Below the pieces are notes generated by a model, which did not search any database, was not told the DNA's origin, and worked only from the letters and a program-made list of their open reading frames with translations. From positions 372,001 through 436,000 of the forward strand of contig OW569350.1 in assembly GCA_937625935.1 (NCBI GenBank): a stretch of DNA of 64,000 nt, written 5' to 3'. The translations under genes were made by a program, and so were the position numbers. Shown piece after piece: positions 43,223 through 53,117 of this stretch. The DNA comes from Tetramitus jugosus (Eukaryota > Protista > Heterolobosea). The number at the start of each line of letters is the position of its first letter. Within the stretch, counting starts at the first letter, position 1.

Positions 43223-44255
43223 TTTTTTTAAAATACAACCAGTCGGTTGCGCTTTTATTTCTTTGTTGCCCTCTGTACTTGCAGTACTTGTTTGCTTCAT
43301 GACGGCAGAATGCCGTCATTGTTGTTTTTTGTTGTTAATGCTTGCAGAGCATTAACAACCGTCAAGTTCTTTGGAGCTCGTGAAGAGGCGATGCATCACC
43401 TCAAGACACTTCCTCTTGTGTACAAATAGTTTAGCTTTTCTCTCTGCTTCGTCCTTCGTCATTCCATTCTTCGTTAGTCCTCTCGTTACTTGCTTCGTAG
43501 CTCGTGTTTCTACTCCCAACATACCAAGCATGTACTCCTTACTTGTTTTCCTCTCAGTGTTCATCTTAAGCCTACCGTTGCGCCACTTCTGATTGTCGAA
43601 CCAAAGATCCACAGATTTAGCTCTGTGTATTCCTAACTTTCCTAGTTTTTCCGAAATTTCCTCCAGACGCCTAGCTATCACAGCTACCGGACATTTTATC
43701 AGACAATGCAACACTGTCTCTTGTCTAAAGCCACACTTTGGACATGACGTGTCCATATTCTTCAACTGATAGAGTTGTTCTATGACCCCTTTAGTGTGCA
43801 ATGTATGGCTCTTAATCTGTGCTACAAACCACTCCATCTTTCTGTCGATTCTGAACGGGCATTGCATGAACGAAAAATCCGTTGAACCACCCAAGCACTT
43901 CTTCTGAATCCACCACACACCTTCTTCTCCAACTCTATCTCTATGCTTTCGAAGAAAGGCATTCCACATTTGCTGTTTTTCTTTGATCTCATAATTATCT
44001 TTGAACATGAGTTGCGGTGGAGTTGCGGACCCGCAGATGACATGAGTGCCATTGCAACGTAATAAATCGAGCACGGCAAGCATGTTTCGATATCTCGCAG
44101 GGCTGATTTCCTCAAGCGAGTCCAACATGAGTCTGCGTGCTTCACTATCCCTTTTCCCCTTCAACATGCTCGTAATAAACCACGCTGTGTTCACTACAAG
44201 TGATTCCTCAATTTTCCTGAGACCAAAACCTCCGTTGTTCGAAGATTGTGTTTGA
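43223..44255 (-). mobile_element. 5'-truncated non-LTR retrotransposon (L1/Tx1-like ORF2 C-terminus and 3' UTR)
   Basis: The frame extends upstream of the track ORF to GGFGLRKIEE (post-RT motif). zf-RVT CPKCGFRQETVLHCLIKCP. 3' UTR with AATAAA and an A7 tail. No TSD seen. Confidence 0.8.
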
Positions 44256-44307
44256 ACGCCCGTTTATGTCCGTTTTTCTGTAAACTTTTAACAAACGAAT
44301 CAACAAG

Positions 44308-45270
44308 ATGGAGGAAGCGAGCTCTCATGTAATAAGAGAAATATTGGATGTTGTGGAAAACTGCATCTCAAGAATGAGTGAGGAACTTAGAGTAAAGTTC
44401 AGCGACCATATGGAAGGGGCAAAGCAACTCACAAGTCTTACCAGTAAAAAGAGGGTTTTAGAGCAAATCCGAAATTTATCATCTAGACTCTCGGATGGAC
44501 AACTGGACCCTGAAAAATCAACGAGGACAATTGAAAATCCTGTTAAAGCTTCAGAAATTCTAGTGTACAAGTTTTTGGAGCAGATTCGAATTGGTCCGAA
44601 GGTTCATTTCTTCTTTGACTCTCCAAAAGAGTTCTACATTGCCACTCTTGACGCGGGGTATGATGAGGAAACAAATCAACAGGGAGAGTTCTTGACATAC
44701 AGTCAAGCTCGAAACAGTGAAATTGGTAGATACTTCCGAGAGATCGAAAAAATGCTGACCGAAGATGATTTGGATGAAGAACGTTTAAGTTTAGGTGCGA
44801 AAAATCTTCTTGTCCAGTTGTCAGTGTTAGATTTAGTCACCAGAATCTGTAGTTTGACTGATGTCACAACAAATTACGATAACTTCGGATTTGCGACTCG
44901 TACAGAGAAGCTGGTGATCATTGATTTTGTCGCTGCATTGACTCTTACTCCAGAGGAAAACTACCAATCTTTCTTGAAGGGAAATGGTCAACGTGCCTAC
45001 CAAGACTCAAGTGATCCCGTCATTCGATATGCCTTTTGCACGAGAGATATCGCCAGAAGGAAGAAATCTGCGAGAGAAGTTTTTCTTCGATTAGGAAAAG
45101 AATCACTGTTGAGAGCAGTTCGTGATGCCCACCGATACACTCATGATATTTTCTCAGCACTTCAGCTCAAGGCAAACGCTCTGGATTTTTTTGTCGACCG
45201 TGTCGAACGGGTCATCGAAGTATTTTCAGAAGGTTTGAATAAGGAGACAGAAGATGTATTGGTAAGTTGA
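44308..45270 (+). CDS. Orphan atypical kinase-like protein
   Basis: EILVYKFLE..IGPKVHF, FYIAT, DVTTNYDNFG (catalytic-loop-like) and LVIIDF (Mg-binding-like). Confidence 0.5.
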   Translation: MEEASSHVIREILDVVENCISRMSEELRVKFSDHMEGAKQLTSLTSKKRVLEQIRNLSSRLSDGQLDPEKSTRTIENPVKASEILVYKFLEQIRIGPKVHFFFDSPKEFYIATLDAGYDEETNQQGEFLTYSQARNSEIGRYFREIEKMLTEDDLDEERLSLGAKNLLVQLSVLDLVTRICSLTDVTTNYDNFGFATRTEKLVIIDFVAALTLTPEENYQSFLKGNGQRAYQDSSDPVIRYAFCTRDIARRKKSAREVFLRLGKESLLRAVRDAHRYTHDIFSALQLKANALDFFVDRVERVIEVFSEGLNKETEDVLVS

Positions 45271-45364
45271 AGCTTATGGCCTGCAATAAGAGCTGGATTC
45301 TCGCAGCAGTTGGGCCCACCTTAATTGTTTTTAATTCAAATCTTTATTGCCGCAGAAATTTTTT

Positions 45365-46082
45365 TACGAGTTCTACAGAAACATCTATCTTCATTCTTTT
45401 GCAAGAACTCAATGCTTTCACCTTCTTTGAAGGAGAGTTCCTGAGCACCTTGAGCATCATAATCGTACGTAATGGCAGTTGTGGTTACTTTGTTGGATGG
45501 CGCCGCACTAGAAGCAACAGAGTGAGCAACTGGTTGATTCTCAACGACAGTTCTACAAAGTTTCCCCTTCGTACGTCCATCTCACCAAGCCACCAGCTAG
45601 ATTCTTGTCCAACACGACCAATTTATCATTCTCCTTGAAAGATAGCTCTCCTTGTTCAGTAGGATCATAATCGTACAGAGCTCTCACCATCTCTCCGCTC
45701 GACTGAGATAATGGAGCAGGTGCACTAGTACTTACAAATGATGGAGGTGTGTTGTTGAGGTACACTGGCTCAATCGTAGGTGAGAGCATAGGTGGAGGGA
45801 TCAATGTTGGTGAGATTGGAGTTTGTGTCGATGAGACCGAAGATGGTGATCCAATAGTAGGAGTATTGTTAAAGGACTGTGGTCTGGAGGAGACTGGAGT
45901 CGAGGAGGGACACTTCCCGCATTGACCAATGCATCTGACTGTGATTTTGTGATGCAAATCCTTTACATTTTATTTACTAATGTTAATTTCGGTGAATTTG
46001 TCCCACAAGTCACCCTTGTATTGTCCATAGTCTGTGCTGCTGTCATGTACTCCACTGTCACTGATCATTTGTGGTAGGCATG
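45365..46082 (-). pseudogene. Collapsed pseudogene of an F-BAR(FCH)...SH3-SH3 protein
   Basis: Fragments in different frames: YKGDLWDKFTEI (FCH-like start), Pro/Ser linker, ALYDYDPTEQGELSFKEND then (frameshift) SWWLGEM..NFVE, and a second SH3 YDYDAQGAQELSFKEGESIE, truncated. Confidence 0.7.
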
Positions 46083-46176
46083 ACAATAATCTAATCGATT
46101 CTTAGGAGCGAAACCAACTATTACAGCTCATTGGTCAACGCTCAAGCAATAACGCAGGATTGCAGCAAACTCCCAT

Positions 46177-47361
46177 TTACGAACAGTTTATAACGATTGC
46201 CGCCAATGTTGCAACACTAACAACCAAAGAGATTGAGAAGGATGAGAGCATTGAGGGGCCGGACGAAATTTCATCACTCACTGCCTCACTGTACTGGTTA
46301 AAGTAACTCGTGAGAGAAGTGGACAATGGATCCATTGCTGCCCAATAGTTCTTTAACCTGTGACACATAAATGAATCATTGTCTTCACAACGGACCGTAA
46401 ACTTTTGGTTGACATGGTAGTAGCCTAGTGCAGTTGATGGTTGGCCAGTCACGAAATCTTCCTGAAGGTCAAATGTTGTGCCATATTCAGACACGTAACG
46501 TCGAGATTGAGGCACGTATTGATTCAGTGCAATTGCAAACTTTTTGTTTCCTACTCTTGGAGAGCCAAACGTTCGAAGCTTCACGCTCACAGCATCAACA
46601 GTTGTCACATTGACCATGCTTCTCACAACTTGCATCTGGTATCTAGTATCTAGCGAAGCCACTGTGGCAAGGGCACCTCCCAAACTGTGACCCGTAAATG
46701 TAATTTGTGTGATTGTTGTGTGATTACACAGGATATCATTTAGGAATTGGAGGTGGAAAGATCGAATGCGTTGATAATAGCCATTGAATCCATCATGAAT
46801 ACCACCACAACTATTCGTGTACACACAGTCAATTCTGTTCATTTCAAAGTTGGTAATCCAATTGTACACTGTTCCCTTGGTTGCAGAAGTTTCTGTTCCT
46901 CTAAATGAAACAACGAGCTCTCTAATCAATTGATCGATTTAACAGTTGTCGTGTGAGAAGATTGTCAACTTTCAATCTTTAATCCTTTAAGAAGAAAAAG
47001 AAAAAACATACGTCTGGCAACTATTCAGGAAATATTTGGCCTGAAGGTTAATTTCATCCTTGGGAACGTACGATGAGAACACTTTGATCATCTCCCAATC
47101 ATTTTGGCACCCAGAGTCCACAACTTGCGTATCATTAAACTGCAAAACTGTTGGTGAATAAGGGTAATAAGCAAGCTTTGCAAATCGAACATAATTTCGA
47201 TCCTCCAACATCATGGTTTCAGTGGCTCGTTCACTTGCTGAGCTCGCATTCACAACAAGCAACGACAACAACAAAACAGAACAACACCACAAACAGAAGA
47301 GAAAGTTGCGTGTGAATCTGACACTGTTCATTTGAGAAAATAGAGGAAAAGAAGCCTTCAT
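46177..47361 (-). CDS. Class 3 lipase, secreted/membrane-anchored; intron 46922-47011
   Basis: VVSFRGT, HDGF, TGHSLGGALA, TFGSPRVGN; N-terminal signal and hydrophobic C-terminus. Start is 47361 or 47331. Confidence 0.9.
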
Positions 47362-47574
47362 GATTGCGTCTCGGTCAATTGTTGTCAGAAATTGGTGTTT
47401 GTGGGGTTTGACGTTTTGTCCGTGCGTAATCCTTTGAGAGGTTCGTCAACATAAACATCATTTGGAAGAATCCATTGTCAGTCGGAAATAAAATTCAGTC
47501 GGTGTTTTGAGAAAATTGCGACAAACCGCTCCGCTAATTGGATCAAAAAACCAAAACAGTTGAGACAAACGACA

Positions 47575-50500
47575 ATGGATGATATTCTTCAAGATAGTTT
47601 ACGAGAGATTGGTCTTGAGGGACTGAGAGGATGTACCGCGAATACTCTCTGGTCCTTGCTTGGAATTGTTCATGACAGTGATAAGGATGTTGATGAAGAT
47701 GATGAAGAAGAGGAAAACAATCAGAGAAACACTGTTGATGCAAATGCCCAGTTGAAACAAAAGATTTGGGATATGCTCAAATTGAGTCATGGAGGTGAAC
47801 TTACCTTTTTTTCAACGAGTAATGATGATGATGAGTCGCATCAATCATCAGCAGACACTGTTCAATATACGGAAGAAGGGTTCATGATCGGAAACAAGGT
47901 GTCAAACAGAAGAGAATTAACATACAATGAACTAAAGGAAGCACTCTACACTGATGACAGTATCGTCATGGTAGCAAACAGTGCAATGAGGTCTCACTTG
48001 TTAGGTCTAGGGTTCAGAACGGATACTGCACTGTCAGAGATTCAATATTGTGTGTTGGAGTATTTGGGTCAGTGTAGAGCAAAGGGTGCTTTTCAAGCAG
48101 CAATCGCCAAAGATCTATTCATTGATAACAGGAGCACACAGTATCATTTGAAGCGTTTGTTCGGAGTGGAATTGATCACGAGAGAGCAAAAGTATGACCC
48201 AAAGTTGAAAACGTTTGGAAATTTGATTCATTTGACAAAGTTTTCACCGACAAGTAATCCTCATTATCAGAATGTGGAATCGGCGGAAGAAAGGGCCAAC
48301 AGAGAAGAATACGAGGAATTTCATAAGGTGAAGGAAAACATTGTACCACTCGTAACAGACTTATTAAAGAACGCCAAGAACAATATTCTAATCGAAGTGG
48401 AGGTGCGGAAAACATTGGTGAAGATACCTGATGCGACAAAGGCAAAGCACAGATGGGACAGATTGAAACAAATTTTGGGCAACTCTGGGAAAGTTGAGTT
48501 TTTAAAAGCATACGTAGAGAACAAACTAATGAACTGCATGCGTTTAAAAGAAGATGGTTCCAGCAGTGCAACAGACGAGCAATCTGATGATACAAAGAAC
48601 ACACCAGGATTTTATGCTGAAATACCTCAGATTTATCAAGTCTATGAATTGATTGCAAATTCAGGCGAAAAGGGATTGAAGCACACAGACATTTTTAATT
48701 ATTTCCGTATCGATGCCAAAGTGAGTCATTCCATGTGCGGAGAGCTGAAGAAGGATTACGGTGTTTCTGCCCTTGCACAAAAAATTGACAAACAGACAAT
48801 CTACATATACTCAGCGCCTAACTCTGATCGTGTTTTGATGCATGATCCTTTGCCAGACTTACAAGCTGGTCCCGCAAAGAAGAAAATGGAGAAGATTATT
48901 TCTGTTGTTCCCGAGCAACCTTTAATTATTAGCGAGCCTACAAGATTGAGCGTGCCTAAAGGGAAGAAACCTGGTCCTCCTAAAGGAAGTAAACTCAAGC
49001 GAAGTCCAAAATCAGCTTCTGAAAGTCCAGTGGCAGAGGAGAGCGAGCAAACATCAGACGATGATATCGAAGCATCTGTAGATATCATAGATTTATCTCA
49101 TTCTGCTATCCCTGCCTCACAAAATCCTTCTGACAGAACATCTACACCTCTACGGAAAGGATTAGTTGTCACAAAGCAAATGGCTGAGAGATGTCAAATT
49201 ATTTTAGATTATGTGAACGAGCACAGTATTTGCACAAAATTCCAATTGACAGATTTGTTGAAACAACACGCAGAACAGTGCCACGAAAAGGCAAAGCAGG
49301 AAGGCCATGTGAAACAAACTGCAAAAACGCCTATGTTAGACAGAAAAACAATTACGAGGGCTATTGAGGTGCTAGAAAAAGAGCAGAGAATTAAGACGTT
49401 CTTTGTCACTGTTCCGGCCCTATTTGGCACGTCAAGCAAAGAGTACACATGTATATTGAAGCCTGATATTGATTTATCTTCAGAAATTGTTCAGAATTTT
49501 GTCAAAAATCTAAAGGAAGAAGACGTTACCATTAGCAGACGAAAGGCCAATGATGATGTTAGAGTTGAGAAAGTCAATGTAGAACATTTGGATGAGTTTA
49601 AAGAGCAAAAAAAGATATCAGAAACTGATGCTCTTGCTAGGAAAGAGAGAGTTGGATTGATGTACGCGAAGGTTGTATATAATTCGATCAAAAATGGATA
49701 TATCAATGCTAAGATGGTTCGTGTGAAAAATTTTCACTTTTATTTATGGAAGTACCATCTCGAGCATGAAGAAAACACAGCGAATAACGAGGATCGTTTG
49801 ACAGGAGCATACAAGCTCTCTGATTTACTAGCTAATATGCCTCTCCTTCTATTTTTACGTATTGTTGGATGCTTAGGAGATGTCGATTTTGATGAATATA
49901 AAAAAGGAGACCCCGACCTCCTCACAAAGCCCATTAAAAGCTTGCATCCATCACTCCAGAAAGAGTTGATTACCAAAGAGAACTTAAGGCAGGCATATGT
50001 CACTCGCATATTATTTTTCTTAAAACTTCTCCAAAAGTTAGGATTGTTGGAAGTGCCTGGTAACACGAGTAACGCAGGAGAACTCAAAGATTATGGTTTG
50101 GACGCATTTCAACAATTTAAACTGGTTTCACGACCAACATTTGTTGATCCAGACCACAGCACATCTACCTTTAACTTTACCACGATTGATGATGTGTCGG
50201 AGTACTGGAAAGATCTGGAGTTCTACTCAATTCATACTCTGGAAGATTTAGCTGAGAACGAAGCCGAGTATGAAGAGGATGTTAAGGAACCCGAGCAAAA
50301 CAACAAGAAGAAAAGAAGACGCCAAAAGAAACATAAGGCGACATTGAGACGTTTGCCAGAACTTCGCAAATCAAATTGGGTAGAAATGAGATACTTCACA
50401 GTGAATCAACTTAGAGTTCTTGAAGAATTTCAGAAGAAATTGAAAGAAGATGAGAAACCTTCTCATGCTGACTGTTTTAAACTTGCCAAACTCACCAAGT

Positions 50501-53115
50501 CCTCTCTAGATCAGGTTGTCTTATACTTTTTCAGGTATAGAGAGAAGATTCTTTCAGCACGACTCCATACAACAACTGAATTCCAGGTAACCAAGAATTT
50601 ATTTAAATCATCAACGAAGAAACAAAGAAGAGACAAACCAAAGAAGAGCATAACAAAAGAAAAGGTTCACAAGTCCAAAAGAAGAACTGGCAAAACTTTA
50701 TCATCAATCTTCAATTTGGATGAGCAGGAAGATGCAATGGAAGCCGAGAACGAGGAATCTGTCTCATCAGAAGAAGCGCAGGAATCTGATAGTGAAGCTG
50801 AAGATGCTGACGAGGTTCTTCAAGAATTGATTCACAGCTCGGATGAGTCATCAGATGAATCAGGTGAAGATGAGGATGAAGAGCCAAAAACCTCCAAGGA
50901 TGCTCCTCTATCGCTCTTCCAGTATGCTTCTCAAAACAGATTACCAACGCTAAAGAAACCAAAAAAGAAAAAGGTGAAGGCACAAGCTTCTGTTCATCCA
51001 TCTCATGTCGATGCGTTCGTTAAACAGAAGAAGTTCAAAAAGAGAGAAAGAGAGAGAATTCAAGAACAAGAAAAGCAGGCCCCAAAGAGACCTGTCAAGA
51101 AGCACTTTTGGAAACCCGAAGAGGATCTTCAACTGCTTGAAGCCATTGCTAGAGAACGAGAGGTAGATCCCGCAACAGGAAAGCTAGTAATTAAACCTGT
51201 TAACTGGCAGAAGGTTGCAGAAGGTGTACCTGGTATGAACAATGAGCAATGCAGAAGGAGATGGAGTGCAGTGTTGCGTCTTCTTCCTTGGTGTCGCAGA
51301 GCTGTAGAGGTGGCTTGCGCGCACAAACAATTGAACAATGACATCAACAATGAAATCAGTTTGAGGAGTATTCTCATGTCGTGTCGGGATGAGCACAACG
51401 CTGGTGGATCTAGCAATACATTGGAGATCGAACATAGTATGCTGGGCAAAATTGATCGAGCTTTACCAGCCAGCATCGAGCTACTTCACCAACATTTCAC
51501 CATTTTGAAAATATACGAGTCAGAAAAATATGCGAAATCATCGTTGACAATTCAAGACGAAGTGATGAAGGACGTGGAAAGTAATGTGAAAAAGGGAACA
51601 ATCAAGGAGGCAGTTCTAACCGACCTTCTCCGAATTATTTTATTGACTCCTGAAGAGGATTATGATGTCAAAGCCGCTTACACCTTGGTCAAGCGATTTG
51701 ACACGATAGAAATTGAAAACGCATTACAGCATTTGAAGAAATTGAAAGTTGTATCGAAGAATAAGCATAGAGGATTTAGAATGAGAGGAATTCGACTCAA
51801 CCACAACTTTGTTGATCGTTGTACAATCTCACATTTCCCCAAGGAAACGTTCTCTGATGCTGAAAAGATCAAAAGACATATCTTTGATCCTTTCAGTCGA
51901 GATGAAGACGAGGAAGATAGAGCATTTCAGCAACCTATTATCAACACAGACAGATTACAATTTAATCCCTTGTGTACAGGTGGTGAAGTAGCTGGTCTCT
52001 TTAATCTTGTATGTCAAGGAAAAGTGAAGCTTCGAGCTGAATTACCATTCGCCTGGGCTCAAGAGAGCGAAGAAGACAGTATTGCCCAATATCCTGAAAA
52101 CACTGCAGGTGGCAAAGGAGTAAGTTATCATTTAATGCGAGTAGGTGCAATTCGAGGCGAGAGTGACTTTGTGAGTGGCTTATCATTACCCTCTCATAAA
52201 GCTCGACACTTCCAACTGCAGCTACCAGATTGGGCCATATTTATTGAACCTGTGATTGAAGGTGCTCAACCATCCAGATTCGAAGATTTGAGCAACGATT
52301 GTACAGAACATAATTTAGATATCGATAGACCGGTTGTTGTCAAGAGAAAGCGAAACAGTCTCGAAGACAACGAGGATGACGAGCACGCTTCGAAACGACC
52401 TCGCTTAACGAGCGAGGAAGAGCAAAAAATGGATCAAGTGATTGTAGATTTGACAATTGGTGAGTATGGGGATGCGGAACAACTTGAGGCAGCATGCAGA
52501 GATATTCTGATCCATGACAGCAATGCCACTGAGAAATGTACTCAACTGAAGGAACTATATCTCCGAATTGAAAATTCGAAGGAAGCAGGTATTTCGTTGG
52601 AAGAGTTATCTGTAAGTGACGAACAACGTGACTATTTACGAATTTTGAAGGAGAAAGGATGTATCCTTGAGTTATCAGATTTTAAGTCATCTTATCTTGT
52701 CGCGTGTAAACATGCAAGTCAATTTATGTTGCCCTGCTCTACAAAGTCAGGACGGGGTGCTCCTGTAGTCGACGAAACAAAACGTATTCCAATCACACCA
52801 TTCGTCAAATTGAATGGAGAGGTAAATACTGAATTTATCGTATCCCTCAAACATGCTGTCGCAGAGCTGCTGATGAGAAAACCAGGCATACCTGAAAAAT
52901 TCCTCCTACAAGAGCTGGATGTTCTGAACAGACCTGCTGTCCTTCACATTTTACGAGAGATGGAAGAGAGCAAGTTAATATCGTCTGTTGAACAGAAGGT
53001 GTCTTCCTCCTCCATACGGAAGAGTCCTCTTTTATTCGATGATGATGAAGAACAGGAAGAGTTCGAAACAACCAAATGTTATTACGTAACCTGCGATGCA
53101 CTGTTCTACCAATAA
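47575..53115 (+). CDS. GTF3C1: TFIIIC B-box-binding subunit (tau138/TFIIIC220)
   Basis: EIGLEGLRGCT..LW N-terminus, QYCVLEYLGQCRAKG..Q, DRKTITR, SANT-like WKPEED...NW..VA...CRRRW, and C-terminal MRKPGI. Confidence 0.85.
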   Translation: MDDILQDSLREIGLEGLRGCTANTLWSLLGIVHDSDKDVDEDDEEEENNQRNTVDANAQLKQKIWDMLKLSHGGELTFFSTSNDDDESHQSSADTVQYTEEGFMIGNKVSNRRELTYNELKEALYTDDSIVMVANSAMRSHLLGLGFRTDTALSEIQYCVLEYLGQCRAKGAFQAAIAKDLFIDNRSTQYHLKRLFGVELITREQKYDPKLKTFGNLIHLTKFSPTSNPHYQNVESAEERANREEYEEFHKVKENIVPLVTDLLKNAKNNILIEVEVRKTLVKIPDATKAKHRWDRLKQILGNSGKVEFLKAYVENKLMNCMRLKEDGSSSATDEQSDDTKNTPGFYAEIPQIYQVYELIANSGEKGLKHTDIFNYFRIDAKVSHSMCGELKKDYGVSALAQKIDKQTIYIYSAPNSDRVLMHDPLPDLQAGPAKKKMEKIISVVPEQPLIISEPTRLSVPKGKKPGPPKGSKLKRSPKSASESPVAEESEQTSDDDIEASVDIIDLSHSAIPASQNPSDRTSTPLRKGLVVTKQMAERCQIILDYVNEHSICTKFQLTDLLKQHAEQCHEKAKQEGHVKQTAKTPMLDRKTITRAIEVLEKEQRIKTFFVTVPALFGTSSKEYTCILKPDIDLSSEIVQNFVKNLKEEDVTISRRKANDDVRVEKVNVEHLDEFKEQKKISETDALARKERVGLMYAKVVYNSIKNGYINAKMVRVKNFHFYLWKYHLEHEENTANNEDRLTGAYKLSDLLANMPLLLFLRIVGCLGDVDFDEYKKGDPDLLTKPIKSLHPSLQKELITKENLRQAYVTRILFFLKLLQKLGLLEVPGNTSNAGELKDYGLDAFQQFKLVSRPTFVDPDHSTSTFNFTTIDDVSEYWKDLEFYSIHTLEDLAENEAEYEEDVKEPEQNNKKKRRRQKKHKATLRRLPELRKSNWVEMRYFTVNQLRVLEEFQKKLKEDEKPSHADCFKLAKLTKSSLDQVVLYFFRYREKILSARLHTTTEFQVTKNLFKSSTKKQRRDKPKKSITKEKVHKSKRRTGKTLSSIFNLDEQEDAMEAENEESVSSEEAQESDSEAEDADEVLQELIHSSDESSDESGEDEDEEPKTSKDAPLSLFQYASQNRLPTLKKPKKKKVKAQASVHPSHVDAFVKQKKFKKRERERIQEQEKQAPKRPVKKHFWKPEEDLQLLEAIAREREVDPATGKLVIKPVNWQKVAEGVPGMNNEQCRRRWSAVLRLLPWCRRAVEVACAHKQLNNDINNEISLRSILMSCRDEHNAGGSSNTLEIEHSMLGKIDRALPASIELLHQHFTILKIYESEKYAKSSLTIQDEVMKDVESNVKKGTIKEAVLTDLLRIILLTPEEDYDVKAAYTLVKRFDTIEIENALQHLKKLKVVSKNKHRGFRMRGIRLNHNFVDRCTISHFPKETFSDAEKIKRHIFDPFSRDEDEEDRAFQQPIINTDRLQFNPLCTGGEVAGLFNLVCQGKVKLRAELPFAWAQESEEDSIAQYPENTAGGKGVSYHLMRVGAIRGESDFVSGLSLPSHKARHFQLQLPDWAIFIEPVIEGAQPSRFEDLSNDCTEHNLDIDRPVVVKRKRNSLEDNEDDEHASKRPRLTSEEEQKMDQVIVDLTIGEYGDAEQLEAACRDILIHDSNATEKCTQLKELYLRIENSKEAGISLEELSVSDEQRDYLRILKEKGCILELSDFKSSYLVACKHASQFMLPCSTKSGRGAPVVDETKRIPITPFVKLNGEVNTEFIVSLKHAVAELLMRKPGIPEKFLLQELDVLNRPAVLHILREMEESKLISSVEQKVSSSSIRKSPLLFDDDEEQEEFETTKCYYVTCDALFYQ

Positions 53116-53117
53116 AT

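Noticed and set aside
43205-44270. Target-site duplication or terminal inverted repeat (GGGCG/CGCCC) flanking the LINE fragment
   Set aside because: Only a 5-nt inverted match and no direct repeat; not distinguishable from chance.
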